A DNA stretch of 64,000 bases. Origin: Chrysomallon squamiferum. Lineage: Eukaryota; Animalia; Mollusca. Within the stretch, counting starts at the first letter, position 1, and the number at the start of each line of letters is the position of its first letter. The position numbers were made by a program, and so were the translations under genes. Where the stretch lies: assembly GCA_012295275.1 (NCBI GenBank), contig CM022679.1, forward strand, positions 11,160,001 through 11,224,000. The letters run 5' to 3'. Below, one piece after another: positions 27,256 through 42,808 of this stretch. Below the pieces are notes generated by a model that saw only the letters and a list, made by a program, of their open reading frames with translations, did not search any database and was not told where the DNA came from.

Positions 27256-28899
27256 TTAACCTTTCCACATGGATATATATCTGTAGTAGAATTCAGATCT
27301 ATATATACAGAGTTGTACCTGTGAATAATATTGATTTAACACATTTGCAACCAAGATTAAACCATGATAGTCTAAATTAGTAATGATAATGTATTGAAAA
27401 GAGATGTAATAAAAGAACAGATATAGAGAGATACATTATTGGTTCCAATCATCTTGCCAGATGCATTATTCAGATGCCTTTGTTAATCAATTAAGCAAAA
27501 CAGTTAACATAATACTGCTATGGTGTCAACAGAGCTATTTCAAAACAGTATTGAAATAAAATGGTTATTTTCACTAGACAGCTAATTTTTTAAAGATTAT
27601 TTTAGAAAATGTTACAAAACAAGTCTGTTGAACAACTGATTATGATTTTTACTAGTTTTAACAAACCACACAGCTTAAGCTGTCGCTTCACTTAACTAAA
27701 TTAGTAAATATATATATATATATATATAATTTTTAGGTATTCAGGTAAACTAGCACATCAACACACCTTTTTCACTTAACACATAAATAGATAGATAGAG
27801 AGACATATACATATATCCACAAGTAAAATCTTCTCTAGATTACATATTTAAATTAAAAACAATGTTTAGTAATCAAAACTATCACTAGAAACAACTCCAA
27901 CAACAAACAACTAAAAAACCAAACCACCAGTAAGTTAATGCTCTTATGACATTATTTGTGTTTCTTTGTGATCTTATGACATCTTACAATATCGTGACAT
28001 TTAAACAGACGCTTTATCCAGTAACGTTAATATAGGTATAAACACTGGCTTTTCTTTTCATCCTTCATAAATGACACCATAATCCGAAATGTCAAGACTT
28101 TACATGTTTTGTTTTATATATTGGTTTTTAGTATCTGTTTTGAAATGTCACATTCAGACTACTTAAAAAATTAAAGTTACTGTATATTATTATTACTGTT
28201 ATTTTTGTTATTTTTTTACTTTTGTTGTTTTGTTTTGGTTTTTTATTTATTTATTTTTTTTATTTTTTTTTTTTTTTTTTTATTTTTTTTTTTCTTTTTT
28301 TTTTTTCCTATTATTATTCAATATAATGACTTCCAAATTACAATTTAAATTTAAGAATATCATACAGTCAAGGTTTTTCTTTTTTTTATCCCACTTCCAT
28401 GAAGATCTCCTTTTTATTTTTTTGTTCTTACAAGTGCAATTATTTCATTCTTCTTTCATCTTTTTATTATCTCTGCCATTTTTAGATATGTCACCATGGC
28501 AATCAGATATAATCTACTCCATTACATATCATTATTACAAATATCTTGTGAACATTAGAAATTCCAAGCCAATGAATGATTACAAACATTAATAAATTAC
28601 CTCCCTTAACTCAGCAGACACCAATCTGTGATTGATTTTTTTTTCAAGAAGCTCTATGTGCACAGGGATTATTGGCATTGAAGTTTCCTGCAAACTCTTT
28701 GTACCTTTGTAAAATACAGCCTATAACAATTTAGCCCTAGTCATGCAATTTTATTTTGTAAATAGAAAGGGAATAGTGTTTCCATCCAAAGGAACAGAAG
28801 CAGGCAGTTCTGGCAATGAAATCTTGCTGCAAATAGGAAGACTGAATCAGTGTTCCTGCTTAATGAGGACGTCGTTCTAGCTTGATTGCTTTCTTAAGT

Positions 28900-28982
28900 A
28901 CTTACTTTTCTGTTTCTTCTTTGAAACTTCAATTCTAAATGTACAGTAAATTTGTGTTACTGGTGGAGGGTTTGATTTTATA
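28900..28982 (-). promoter_or_regulatory. Candidate TATA promoter with a short non-coding first exon for the SOCS-box gene
   Basis: TATAAAA on minus at 28982-28976 and a perfect GTAAGT donor at 28905-28900, 1.8 kb upstream of the acceptor at 27092. Confidence 0.4.
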
Positions 28983-30460
28983 CCACACACAATTTGTTTT
29001 ACACAGGAAGTTTTTCTTATCCAGTAGATTACTTCATGTAAGCCAGATGATTATCTGCGTTTATCTGTTTTTAACAGATGGGAAACAATAAAACATGGTC
29101 ACATTGACAGATGGATGGATGGATGGATGGATGGATAAAATGGAAAGATACGTGTCACTGTGCAGAAGGAGGAATATTATGATTATTAAAGTAGAAAATA
29201 AACAAAGTTTCAGTCAGGTTATGTTGGTTTATCCTTTCCAGAAGAATTTATTAACTCTGTGTAATTTGCTAATTAAAGTATACAAATTATTCCATAATAA
29301 TTGTTAAAAACAAAAATAAAAAAACAAATGAAAAATGAAGAAAACTGCAACAATAATAAAATAAAATCTATTTTAAAATCTTCTAAATGATTATCTTGAA
29401 ACTGAAATGGGCAGATTATTTTCCCTCTTTGAGTAGTCCTGATATCATTACATCCATCAACAATAAATGTTATTGTTTTTATTCCTGGAGAGGCTGAACT
29501 AATGCTGGCATGTTCTGCCAGGCTAAATCTATTTAGCTAATTAACGTGAATCTGTGAGGAATTCTCAAATGAGAGTTTTCAGTGGGATTAATATCACTTC
29601 AAAACTGATGTAGAAATTGATGTGAATTACAAATCACCTGAACAGCCTCATTATACTTTATTTCAATAACCTACTTTTTAACAAATTAATGTCTATTTGG
29701 AAACTTTAGGTAGTAGGACTTTCTCATGTCAAATATTAAGAAGATGAATGAATTATAACATCAGATTCTATATGAAAATTAAAAATAATTAATTACTTTG
29801 AACATGTAAAATGATTATTGACAAGTAGCTTGACATTTTTTTAAAATGCTAATGCAATGTTAAATGGTACTGAACTATGCTATGTTAAATATAAATATAT
29901 TCTATGAAGCCATAAAACATTCGCAGAGTGTTTAAAAACAAACAGTTATTTCACATTATGTAACATACAGTTCTATTAGTTCTGACACAGTACTCCATAA
30001 AAACACACCAAAATCTGCTTCTGCTGTTTTACAACAAAATCAGAGTTCATTTTGTTGGTAAATTTTTGCAATTTTCATAACAATATGATACTGTCATATA
30101 AAAATTATTCAGTCTGCTATTGTTTCACATGAAGTGTTTAACATTAACTGTATGTTTGAATTTGATGACTGCTTAGTAAGAACCGTTAGGTGTTAACTTG
30201 AGATTATTATAATGGACTTCATACGATACTGCATCAAGATTAAGTATACAATTCACTTTTAAGCTATTATATTAACAATATTAAATCTATTATTGTACTA
30301 GATTCAAAGCATTTAAATCATGTAATTATGTTTTATTCTAGATCTAAATCAAACTTTAAATCTGTGAGTTATTATGAATGTTCAATAAAAAAAAAATAAT
30401 AAAAAAGCTTCTTTAAATAACCTTGACAAATTATAAACATACACATACGTGATACACACA

Positions 30461-30520
<60 letters not shown>

Positions 30521-30999
30521 TAATAATAATAATAATAAAAAGTGTAGTTGTCAAATGACATAAAAAAACAATTCACTGTTTTATCATGTTTAGTGATTGT
30601 GTTATAAAATACAATAATTGAGAGAAATGCTGATGAAGATTATCATATAATACTGCATTATACTGTTTGGCTGTCAGCTACATTCTTCATGAAAGAATGT
30701 AAATTGTTTTCAGCACTGTTTTAATAACTATTTACATCCAGTCAGTCAGCTTTCATTAAGTTGTTTTGCTGCATATTTTTCAAGTAAATTCTTTATGTTA
30801 AAAACTGTAACAAATTTGGAAAGCACAAGGATTTCTTTTATTATTACAATAATGGTTGTTAATATATACAAGAGAAGTAAAAACAAATAAATAAATAACA
30901 TTAAAAAAAATAATTCTTTTTTAATATTTGTAATTAAATGACAGAGGGAGAGAAAATTATTACATTTTGTTTTCGTTTTTAATGAAACATGGCTAAAGC

Positions 31000-31036
<37 letters not shown>

Positions 31037-31881
31037 CGTTAAATGATTATGACAGGTTCATTAATTTTGTTAAAAATAAAATATCTACAAACAAAACATG
31101 ACATTTACAGTTAATAAAAATATTCCGTTAGCTCTTGATTTCTAATAATAATCCTTCTTTCTTCCCACTTTTGCAATCAATAGCTTAACATTTGGTTCTG
31201 CCCACCTAAATTTTGCTTAATAAAGAAAATTATCAATCGATAATTAATTTAATAAGTAATACTAATTATTTAGAAAAAAATTTATGTAACTGTAATTACT
31301 TGGTAACAGTCATTTTTCAGTTTAGAATCAGAATCTACCTTCATATTTGTATGCTTTATGATTAAGGAAATTCTAAACTTTAGTATTGGACTTAACACCA
31401 GATTAAACTTTATGATATTTGAAAGAAACAAGTCTTTAGAGACCTATGTCACTTGGAAAGAAAATTAACCTGCTACACCAGTTTTTAAATTGTTATAAGC
31501 ACTTTACCCATGAGGAAAACACATGTCTGTGCATTTATAAACCAAAAGCATGGAAGAAGAGGCAATTGTAGAACCTATTGTATATTCATATTACAAGACC
31601 TATATTTTAATTCTGTTTTGCTGGTTGTAATTTTTAATGAACAATTTTCTACAAAATTATAATGACATACTGTATACATTTATATCAAGGTTAAAAATAT
31701 GTGTATATATATATATATATATATCTATATATACAGAAACATCATCAACAGAACTTATGGTAGCCTGTATGTAACTTACCAGTCAAACATCAGTAATAGC
31801 TTGAATTATGCTATTACAGTCATACATATATGGTCAATATACATTTTAATATAAAGAATATAACATGGAAAAAAAAAAGTA

Positions 31882-31926
<45 letters not shown>

Positions 31927-33457
31927 AATTTTATAAACTTTGATAAATTATATTAATTTTTATTAGTTTTATCTAATTGTATTAAAAACATTATTATTTT
32001 CTTAACAGAAAAAAAGTACATTTAAAAGATTTTTCTAAAACACACTGGCAAATGATACCTATATATTATTATTTTTTGCACCATGATGTTGTCAAGGAAA
32101 CAAGTCAGTTTTATTCACATGCGTCTTTTAAATTCATTTTTTTCCCATTTTTTTTGAAACAGATAGAACTTTTTTTTTTTTTTTGCAACTGTGTACAAGA
32201 CAGAAAATATGTTTTATTTTGAAACAGATAGAACTTTCTTTCTTTTCTTTTTTTTAAACATCTTCTTTTTTATTTTTACATGATGTCTTCCAGAGCAAAC
32301 AAGGAAAAATGTTAAAAATCTGTCATAACAAATTAATTATAAATTAAATCCATTATTAATATGCAACAGAAAAATAATATTTATTATTACTCAAAATGTA
32401 GCACAATCTTGCTATCATTATCATCAATGAATTGATTTACAGTGAATATTAATTTCAGATTTTTATATGTTATTTTTTTTATTTACATCTCATAGGAGTA
32501 ATTTATGTGCTAACAGAATAAAATAATTATTTTCTTATAATATCTTTACAATAAAGTAAATGACAAATCTGATATGACAAAAAATTACGAATGCAGGAAA
32601 TATTAAAGTTCAACGAAAACAAATTTGTTTACATTTAACAAGAGCTTAAAATAATACTTATTTTTAATACTGATACATTAAAATAATGCTTTATATTTAA
32701 TATTGATATGTTTATCTGTTTTGAAGCTCTTAGCATCAAAATTTGTATTAAGGTTAGTCAGCTCCAGTACTAAATCAAACATACCTGTGTAACAGCTAAA
32801 GCTCAACAGAGCTAACCAACAGTTGAAGAAAAAAGATAATTTTACCTTGAGCAGAAAACAACATTAACTTGAAAAAAAAAACCTGTTATCTGACACATCA
32901 GCTGTGGTGGTATACTAACCCAGAAAAAAAAAAAAAAAAAAAATCCAAGTGAAGATTTCTCCAGATGATCCAGTAATGAGCTATGCAGCAGGCAACACAA
33001 GCAAATCAATGTCTTTGATTTAACAATAGAAGCTAATCTCAAGTTGGTGCTTTGATGCTTTAAACAACGGGCTGCATAACCAGGATGTGCAACTCAGTTC
33101 ATTCCTGTCACCCACAATTTCATTCCATAAATATCACATGGGATGAAATTATAATAAGAATAATAATAATGATTCAAAAAAATAAAGAAAAAAGAAAAGA
33201 AATTAAGAGTCTGGTGATGACTGAATTTCCTTGTCACCATTTCATGCCATCCATCAATGACTTTTCCAGCTACGTGCAGTCCAAGCAGTCCACACACATT
33301 CTGTACTATTTCCAGACTTAAGATTTTTGTCAATCAATGAGCTAATCTGGAACATAGATCTGCCGAACAGCCAGCCACACTGAGGCAACAACGGGGATGA
33401 ATGAAGTTATGCAGCAGCATTCATCTCCCACAGACATTACAGTAGGTACTCAATCAG

Positions 33458-33492
33458 ATTGGTTGGATGTATTCAAGCCCGTGTCCGATTGG
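33458..33492 (-). promoter_or_regulatory. Tandem CCAAT (NF-Y) boxes 30 bp apart; candidate alternative promoter
   Basis: ATTGG on plus at 33458-33462 and 33488-33492 in a locally GC/CpG-richer block. Downstream minus-strand donors are AAG|GTAAAA (~32846) and CAG|GTATGT (32785). Confidence 0.4.
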
Positions 33493-33899
33493 TCAGTGGT
33501 TGGCACTGAAGCAGATGGTAAACACAGTGTAAAGTCAGTGCTTGTTTACCAATTTTCCCATCTCTGATATGTTAAAACTTTCTTGACAGAACCAGGTCTG
33601 ATCAGTGGTCACAGTGCTCCTTACTAAACATATTATTCTTAATTTGTTTGTTATCAGGGTATTCTTATTTATGTTTGTGATGTTTGGTTTTAAATTATGA
33701 TCAAATAAAGCTTGTGTTTATTTGATTTTCTATTGCATTAAATCTAACACTAACTCCTGAAGATGTAAATAAAGTTTACATAAGATGTTATTTTCATTTT
33801 CTGAATTTTATTATTAGTATTTTTTTTTTAAATTTAGTTAGACAGTCCCTTCTTTAACATTGTTTTGTTTTTTCTTTCCTGTATTAAAATATCCATGAA

Positions 33900-33943
<44 letters not shown>

Positions 33944-36900
33944 TGGAAAGTATATGAAGCATTGTATACATACTGAAATGACAATATTTGATATTTAATC
34001 TTGTTAAGTATATACTTGTTTATACATTTTATTTTTATAAAAGTGGATTTATTATAAAATATAATGGCCATTACTATATCTAGTAAAATGTCATTTTTAT
34101 TAATCTTTGTTTATGAATTAATAATAATAATAATAATGTTTATTTGTCAATTTTTTTATATATATATATATACACACAAATGGCTAACAAACTTTTAAAA
34201 ATAATAACAAATAAAAAAAATAAAAAATAAATCTAAGATATTAAAAAAAATATTAAAAATATTAAAAATGAACATTCAAGGTTAGAACATTTAAACATTG
34301 TTTAGACAAGGGATATCTTGATTTAACCTAATTTCTGACAATCAAAATTTAACTTTTAATCTGTCAACTTGTCATCAACAAATATTTTCACATGTGATGC
34401 AGACAGCTATAATATGTTATTCACTCGTTTGTCACATTCAGGTGACAAGGTTATAAATGTTATGGATTTTATGTAACCTTGAGAGAAACAAACCTGTATA
34501 TTCAACTGTACTGTTTCTAAGAAGATTATTTTTTTTTTAAATTTTATATGAAATGTGAATTTTATTTTAAAATTTCTCAAAGAAATATTTTAAAAACTTG
34601 CAACTGTGGTTGATTAATGTAGGTTTTAAACTCAAATTCTAAATCAGATGTTTTTCATGTGTTCAAGGTTACATTACATAAAATATTTATGCACAAACAA
34701 AAACATATAATAAAATTTTGGATATTGTTTGATGCATTAAAACAGAGTAGTTGAGGTAAATGGAGATATTACACTGTAAATAACTGTTAAAACCAGTATT
34801 TGATTAAATAAAATAATTTCATCCTTACTTTATTTTATTTTTATTTGATAAAAAAAAAAAAAAAAAAAATAAAAATAAAAATGTGTTCACAGAAACATGA
34901 TGTGAATTAGAAACTGGTTTAGAACAAAAAACAACAATATTGGATTTATTTTCACTTTCTGCAGAAACTAATTAGCTAGCTTTAAGAAGAAAAACATTAT
35001 TTGATTTCTTCCTCTTTCAGTAATCTTAAAAATAGCAATATCATATGTTGGTGTAATTTTTCTTATTCTGACTTAATTTAAACAAACAATGTTATATTTT
35101 AACAAAATACAAATCTAAAAAAAAGCTTATAAATAATAAATAAAGTTAACAAAAATAACTTATTATTTCATGTTATTTAAAGAAATCCAAGATTATGATA
35201 TAAAGACTCCATTTAACGTGTATCTTAGGGTGAATGTAGATACAGCCTAAATATCTTCTGCAACCTTGGAAATTATTATATTTTATTTAGGCTTTTTTTG
35301 GTGTCCAGTATTAAATAAGACCAAGATAAAGTGTTTTTTCCAATATAAAAGGAATCTCAGAAGCTTTATGATGCACTTAAATGCATTGAATGATTCCCTT
35401 TAATCTGTATTGAGCTTTAATTCCTGTTGAGACATTCTCAGGAAATGTCTGGATGACCTGCCAGGAAATACACCTTAAATTTCTGATGACTAGAAAACAT
35501 CAGCAGTTTCAAAAATATCCCTGCTGCACAAAAAACTCCTACCCTGATAAACTACATCACAACACACATGGAAACACTGACATAAACAATCACATGAGTT
35601 ATCAACTATAAAAAAAAAAAAAAAAAAAAAGTAACGCAAAAAAGTAAGCAGAAGAAAAATAATTCAGTATAACGACGTACAGAATAAGAGGAAATACTTG
35701 AAGATGTTGCATTTAAAAAGGCAACTTAAGTGAAGAATTTAAGTGTAATTATGTCATGCTGTTTTAATCATATTACTGATGCTATACAAACATATGTAAC
35801 TATAATATGCTAGCTATTTAGTTCAGTAGCTTCAGATACATGGCATTTGTCTTACACTTTTTCACATATAATGATACACTAGTTTTTACTTTCTTGAAAT
35901 CCTATCAAGAAAATATCCTATTTCAAAACTCTCAGTTTTTCTTTCTCTCTCACTCTTTCTCTACAAGGTTAATTGTTAATATTATTACTGATTTTATCAA
36001 TATTATTTTTTGGATGTTTTTTTTAGAATTCTCTAATAGTTTTAAAAATAATTTATAATTATAAATATGTGCTATTTCATTAGTGAATAAGCATTTGTAA
36101 TGTGTTTCTGACTGTTAGTATGGATAGGTATGAACAAATACAAAAAGAATAATTAAAACAAATAAATAAATAAATGAAATTTGAAAGAATATACAATTTT
36201 CATCACTGATTTGACAATTATGAAATTAAAACAGTTTTACATCAATCAAAAACTTATTCAGCAAAATCTCGGTAACTATTGAGAAACACCTGTTGCTCTT
36301 AAACTCACTTCTAGACTGAGATATTCAATACTAGCCTTGCTGTAAATAGCTTTTTTAGTTCTCAATGTCTGTAATATAATCATCAAGAATTCACTGAAGA
36401 ACATTGAACCTGTGACCTTTTATACTGACATATACCCATAGCCAAAAGAAAACTTACCATAATTTAAATCACTTTAGTTGAAAAACAGCAAAAGATATTT
36501 ACATGAGGTAAATTGTATTGAAAAGATCAATATATCAGTACAATTAACACTAAAAAATTGGCCATATAACATCTGATGTAATGTGAGACTGGATCAAAGC
36601 ATTATGGGATACAAAAATCAAACATGCAACATCCTGGACAACATGTACAGCATACAGAGAATGACTCGAGTTCAATAACAAGTCAGACTGATAACACGTG
36701 TGACCATCACTTGTTTCAGTGTGCCCCAAAAGACTCGTATTTCATAGATGATGTCACTCCTCTGATGATGTCACAGGACTACATAGCCATTGTCTTATGT
36801 GACCTAAATCAGTTCTCACTGACTGGCTGGAGTGTGTGAATCATGTTGTACATGACAATATGTGACAACCCTTAGGTGCTGACCTAAAGCATGCCATGGC

Positions 36901-38213
36901 AAAACATTAATATTGTTGTTTCCAAAAGAAATTCTGTATGACTCTGTCTCCTTGGGGTTTGACATTGTCATGCTGATAAATAACATTATATAACTCTTAC
37001 TGGAAAAATGGAAGCTGAACAGGTTTCTGTTAACAGTGACCAGTGGTGTGCTCTTCTGCCCACAGATCCATCCACTGTACAGCAAGACCTCCTGAATGCA
37101 ACAAGCCTCTATGGTGGTAAATATCAACACTGAACAAACATAATGAGCATTTATCAATAAATAATCTACCAGTCATGTCACTACCACTGTTGCATAGTCA
37201 GGACAAATCTAAATCTCAGATAAACTGTGGTTTTTAAGCATTTATTTTATCAGACCTCAGTCACCTGGCCACTGTTTGTTCATTTTAGTGTTGCATCAAG
37301 ATGGTTACAGCAATGAAGGTTATTGCAATAAAGGTATGTGCAGCTTCCATCAATATCCATGACTCACTGAAGCTGCTCGAGTTTCATTTGTTGCATATCT
37401 ATAGTGATTTTTTTTGTGACTGTGGATGTATAAATCATTTTTATATGCTTGCTGCACGTCAGTTGTGGTTGTTCAGGAGGCACAGCTTTTCATGTTTCTG
37501 CATATTCTCCCCAAAATACGCCATGGGCGGATAACATTGTCTGCATACACAAATGATGTATTTGTGTATTATGTTTTTACAATGATTAAATTTCAAATTA
37601 TTTTTCAGTTTTTCCAACGTTTCAATTTTACAATGATAAAGTTTATTTTGGCCCTAGATATATTACATATATATATTAAAACCATTAAAGCTTTCTCAAA
37701 GTGTAAGAAAAATATTGTATAATTTCTTGACCTTTTTCCAAGTAAATACTGAAAAAGTAATAGACATAAAAGCTGTACAGCACATATTTATTTCTTTTTT
37801 TTTATGTATTATTATATAAAAATAATCTCAAATCATGGCTAAAACAGGAAACTAATTGATCTTCCAAAAGGCTATCAAAACAATTACTTTCCTGCAAATA
37901 TCTCATATATTAACCACATGGCATCCCTACATTCAGATCTCATTCCAAAGAACCAATTATTAAATACCTGGAATAGAAGCCAAGTACATCTGCTAAAATC
38001 AATTCTACCTTCAATCTTTTATATCCAAGAGTTTTGCAGTGTAACCATAAATCTATTTTTAAAATGAAATCTAAAAGAACTGTACAACAACAACAAAAAA
38101 CCCCAAAAAACAACATATAAATAAAAAAATAAATAAAAAATAATTAAAAAAATGAAAAGAAAGGAAAGAAAGAAAAAAAAAAAGTAGAAAAAGTAACATT
38201 TTATTTACCTAAT

Positions 38214-38265
38214 GGGAATTGAACCAGTTACCTCTGATATCTTAAGTTAAACTATGTTCTAAACA
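38214..38265 (-). mobile_element. Possible decayed tRNA-derived SINE head
   Basis: GGGAATTGAACC is the reverse complement of a Pol III B-box (GGTTCAATTCCC), followed by tRNA-like sequence with CpG decay. No foldable tRNA. Confidence 0.3.
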
Positions 38266-41202
38266 TTCTTCAATACATATTGGCAACTGCCAGACATTTT
38301 CAATGAAAAACATTTGTCAAGTGACATTTGTGTCCAACCTTTTATCAAAATTCCTTGAATAAATGGGCCATCTGCTCATAAAATAAAAGCATAGAATTAG
38401 AGACAAATATGGTCAGACACTGATGTGTCTGATAGGATTAAGGAAGTTATTTCTTGTATCTTAAGCAGATGTCCCATTACTTGTCCATATTCATAACCAC
38501 AATTTCTTAATATAATAATAATAGAAGCAGAGATAATGTTATTTAATATTTCACAACACTGATTAGGTTTCCAAACATTCTCTTGGGAAGGAATATAATG
38601 TTAATATTTCAACAAATAAAGACAGCAGTTGTTCAAGAAATTCTGTAAGTTATTCATCTTAGTCTGTTTAAACTACATGTATATTACCACAAAACATGAT
38701 GACACTGGTGATGAGTCAGTGTGTTCAAGTTTGGTGATGATTCTGATTTAGTTTCATTTTTTTTTCAATGAGTTTGAAGTTCATAACAACAGCTAATCAG
38801 GGATTTATACTGATAAGAAGATTGTTTGGTTTCATTTTTTCAAACCAGTTTAAAGTTAATTATTCAAAACAATAGCTTTTCAGTGATTTGTAACTAAATA
38901 CCTTTTGAAGGTTGTCCTATCAATTCTTTTTAAGGTAGCATTTTATGAATTCATTTTAGAAACAATATTCAACTGATTTCTGTAATTGATCTTCTTTGGT
39001 GACTTCAATGGACAAGGTAGCTGAGTTCATGATATACACTTTAAACTGCAGAACAAATAATCAAAGTTAAAAAAATAAACAATTAAAGCTGTGTGATGTT
39101 AAAAAACATGAACCAAGTTTTAAATGTTGTTTCAAATTCATGGTCTTACTCTGCTTCCCTTTACAAGATATGCTGTGCTGATTAATGTTTGTTTATGTGG
39201 ATCTGTGCACTACATCAGTGTCTAACATCTTATTGACTGACATTTTGTCTGTAAATCTTTGGTATGTTCAAGTATATTTGTAAATCTTTGGAATGTCCTT
39301 GTTGTTAAAAAAAACAACCCAAAAAACCCCCAAAAATAAAAAAACATACTTCAGACACATTATAACCATCCATATAATAATAGCTGAATCATCATTAGAC
39401 AAATATTCATTTATTCATTCAAGATGGAAACTTGATCATTTCATCGCAGTGCTACTAAAACAGGCAGAAGAGTGTTTAAGAGCACTGAACCTCTGACCTT
39501 TTACATCTGTAATATGCTGTATAACTGAACCAAGTAAGTGTTCTGTTTCTGAACGGAAATGACAGGACAAAGAACAGATGTGCAGCCGAATGTAATAATA
39601 ACTGTCAACTTCCCTGTGCCACAATAACAGTAGATTATACCACTTTGGTCACATTGTTCTTTTATTAACCATTGTTTCCAAAATAAAAATTATTTATTAG
39701 AAAGAAGGATAAACAAACAGCTGCAGAATACATTAATTAACACTTCAGAAAACCCAGACAAAATTTAAATTGGAAGAAAAAGCAAAGAACAATGACAATA
39801 AAATAATGTATCTTTCAAGACAAATCTCATGGACCTGATTATAAAATACAAGAATCATTATAAAAACCTGAAATTCAATCTGTTGGAAATGTAGATGTCT
39901 TACAAAGTAATGGAATCCAATTATAATAATAAAAGTTTTTAGTTTACCAAAACCAATAAATTGGCAGTAACGTTAATAAAATAATCATAAAAAGAACAAG
40001 TATAATCACTTTGATGATGAAGAAAACTGATACACAATTGTAATAACCAATGTTCAGTTTTTTATGACAGTAATCAACTGCTCTAAACAAAACATCTATT
40101 AAAGAAATAAAAATAATTATCTGTAGACTGCATGCTAGCATTATTTATTTTTAGTATCTGAAATGAAAATTAAATTTATCTGGGTAGGCAAACATCAATT
40201 TTCTGAAATTTAGCTTATGACTGGAACATTGATCTCGATACAGAAACTTAATGTTGAAATAAATAATGAATAACTGACTGCATGTGTCTATTTTAGTATA
40301 AATCAATCAAATGCTAAGCTAGTGAATTATGTAAATAGTAAATTAAAATTAGGACAGTATACAGACATTCCAGTATGACCCACACAGCTTACAATGTACT
40401 TTAATCTTTCTTGCAGGTTCTTTATGATCTTCTATGTGTATTATTTATGCTTTACTGCCTACTGAAGACTTATCAATCTTTAAGTATTGTATTTACCCAT
40501 TGTATTTACAAATACTAAATCAAATGACATCTGACAAGTAAAATATAATGTAATGCAATAACCTTTAGATCTGCATGTACAAGTACAAGAAATTGTGTAT
40601 CAATTGCCTGGACAGTATTAAGTTAATACTATAACCGAATAGATAAAATTAAGCTGGTTTGTTCTCAGTCATATGCTGGTGACAGATCTAATCTTAAGCA
40701 TTAAGGCTAGCTTGCTTGGAACCATCTAAAGCGTCTCAGTTCTATGGTGGACAGACACGAATATGATCACTGAACATTTATATACACTGATATCACGCCA
40801 TCTGTAAAAAGTTAATGAATATATAAGCCTTTCCTTGTTACATGTGATCAGTACTCTGACTGGTTATTATAATTTTAAAGAAAATAATCAAAAGGTTTCT
40901 TAAACCGAAAACCTAATCCATTGCTTTAATACTAAAATATTCTCCTAATAAGGTAGTCTCTACAGTTCAGTTCAACCTGTATCTTTAGGGAAATCTGAAA
41001 ATGTTATCTGGAACAGATGACTGCTTTAATTTAAATAAACACAGCATTTCCATCAATATCGACTTATTAAATTTAAAGATAAGCATTCTGTTAAACAAAA
41101 ATTATTATTACTATTAATTATTTGTATAATGGTCTTTGTTTTATATATATATATGTAGGCCTATATACATTAATAGTATTATACATTATTTGTAAGTCTA
41201 AG

Positions 41203-41258
<56 letters not shown>

Positions 41259-41886
41259 AGAATGTTTAAAAAAAAAAAAAGATTGTTTGATTGATAAGCA
41301 TTTAACAATATATAAACAAACCTCTGAAACGCTATATAACATCAAGGATCCTTTATCATAACAAATTCAATAAAAAGGCTGAGTAACAGTTGACACTTAT
41401 CAAACACTGTACCAATATGTATGTATTCTCCACAGAATTTAGTTTTTTGTTTCTTCATCAGCATGTCCAAGATAATTTTATAAATATTATTAGTATTTAT
41501 TTATCTGACACATATTTGTTTGTCATACAGAATATATAAGAAATCAGAGTATATAATTAAAATGAATAATACAAAATGTACAAAACAGATGGAGTGATGA
41601 GGAGATACATATATTTGAATCTGTTATATGATATGATATAGTATTCTATAACCAAGATGACATAAGAAATATCCTTCATTAAGTGAAGGGATGATAAAGT
41701 TTTTTAACATGTGTAACAGCACAGTTGTTCTAGTTTTGATTATGGAATTTTAAACTAAGCAAAATCTGCTCTTTGAGTCTTATAATAATTATAAAAAAAA
41801 ACAAAATAAAAAAATAAAAATAAAAACAGAACTTCATTTTCTCTGAGTATAGGGGATAACTGATTACCCTAGCAGTATGCACATTA

Positions 41887-41917
<31 letters not shown>

Positions 41918-42129
41918 ATTTCAAAAATGGCAGAAATAAACGAAAATTACATATTTAAACAGCAGAACAGTCACATCTTCTTGAAGAAACTAAACAATTT
42001 CAAACTTTTAACAACACGTGACTGAATACACACATCACTTCTGGGAATGTTATTTATTTTAATAAACAGACTGACCAACACCCATCCACCCATCCCCATA
42101 AACCTGCTGAAGTAAAGATGCTGACTCAC

Positions 42130-42298
42130 CTGTCTGCTGAATGTCAATCTGAACCACTTGCTGCAATCGTTCAACCAGGTACGAAATGAGAAACACAACC
42201 TAACAGTTCCATCTGCACTGTCCACATGTTGAAAGCAGATACCCAAACCAGATGGCAATCACTCATAATGACATAATCATCACTAAAGAAGACTGCAG
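42130..42298 (-). other. Candidate non-coding 5' UTR exon (169 nt) of the SOCS-box gene
   Basis: Strong acceptor TTGTTTTTCAG and strong donor CAG|GTGAGT, with elevated GC and stops in all three frames. Confidence 0.5.
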
Positions 42299-42757
42299 CT
42301 GAAAAACAAACAACTTTATGCAAATAACTATTGAAACAGGTGAGGTATGTAGATTTGGAAACAAATATCTGATTAACTAGTTAAATAAACATTAATGTAA
42401 TCAACACTAAACACTGCAATTGAAATGCAAAACATTATGCAAATAACTGTCAATATATATTACACTGTATGTTACAGGTGAAAATAACTGATATAATAAG
42501 TATCACTGTAAAAAGATGCAATTTGAACAAAAACAATGTTACAGCAATAACCATCTAAACAGATAAAGGATAATAACTGCCTTAAAAAACATTATAACTG
42601 ATAAAATAGTTATTAAACAAAATAAATATAGTACGTGAAAGATTACTTTTAAAATGATTAAACAAACAACTGATATCCAAAAATAAAATAATAAATTATT
42701 ATTTTATCAAGATCAAAGTTCCTGAGATGATAATGAAAGTGTAAAAGTAATTGTTTT

Positions 42758-42808
<51 letters not shown>

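Noticed and set aside
38697-38747. ATGATGA...CTGA resembling C/D snoRNA boxes
   Set aside because: Only ~50 nt, with no terminal stem and no recognisable guide.
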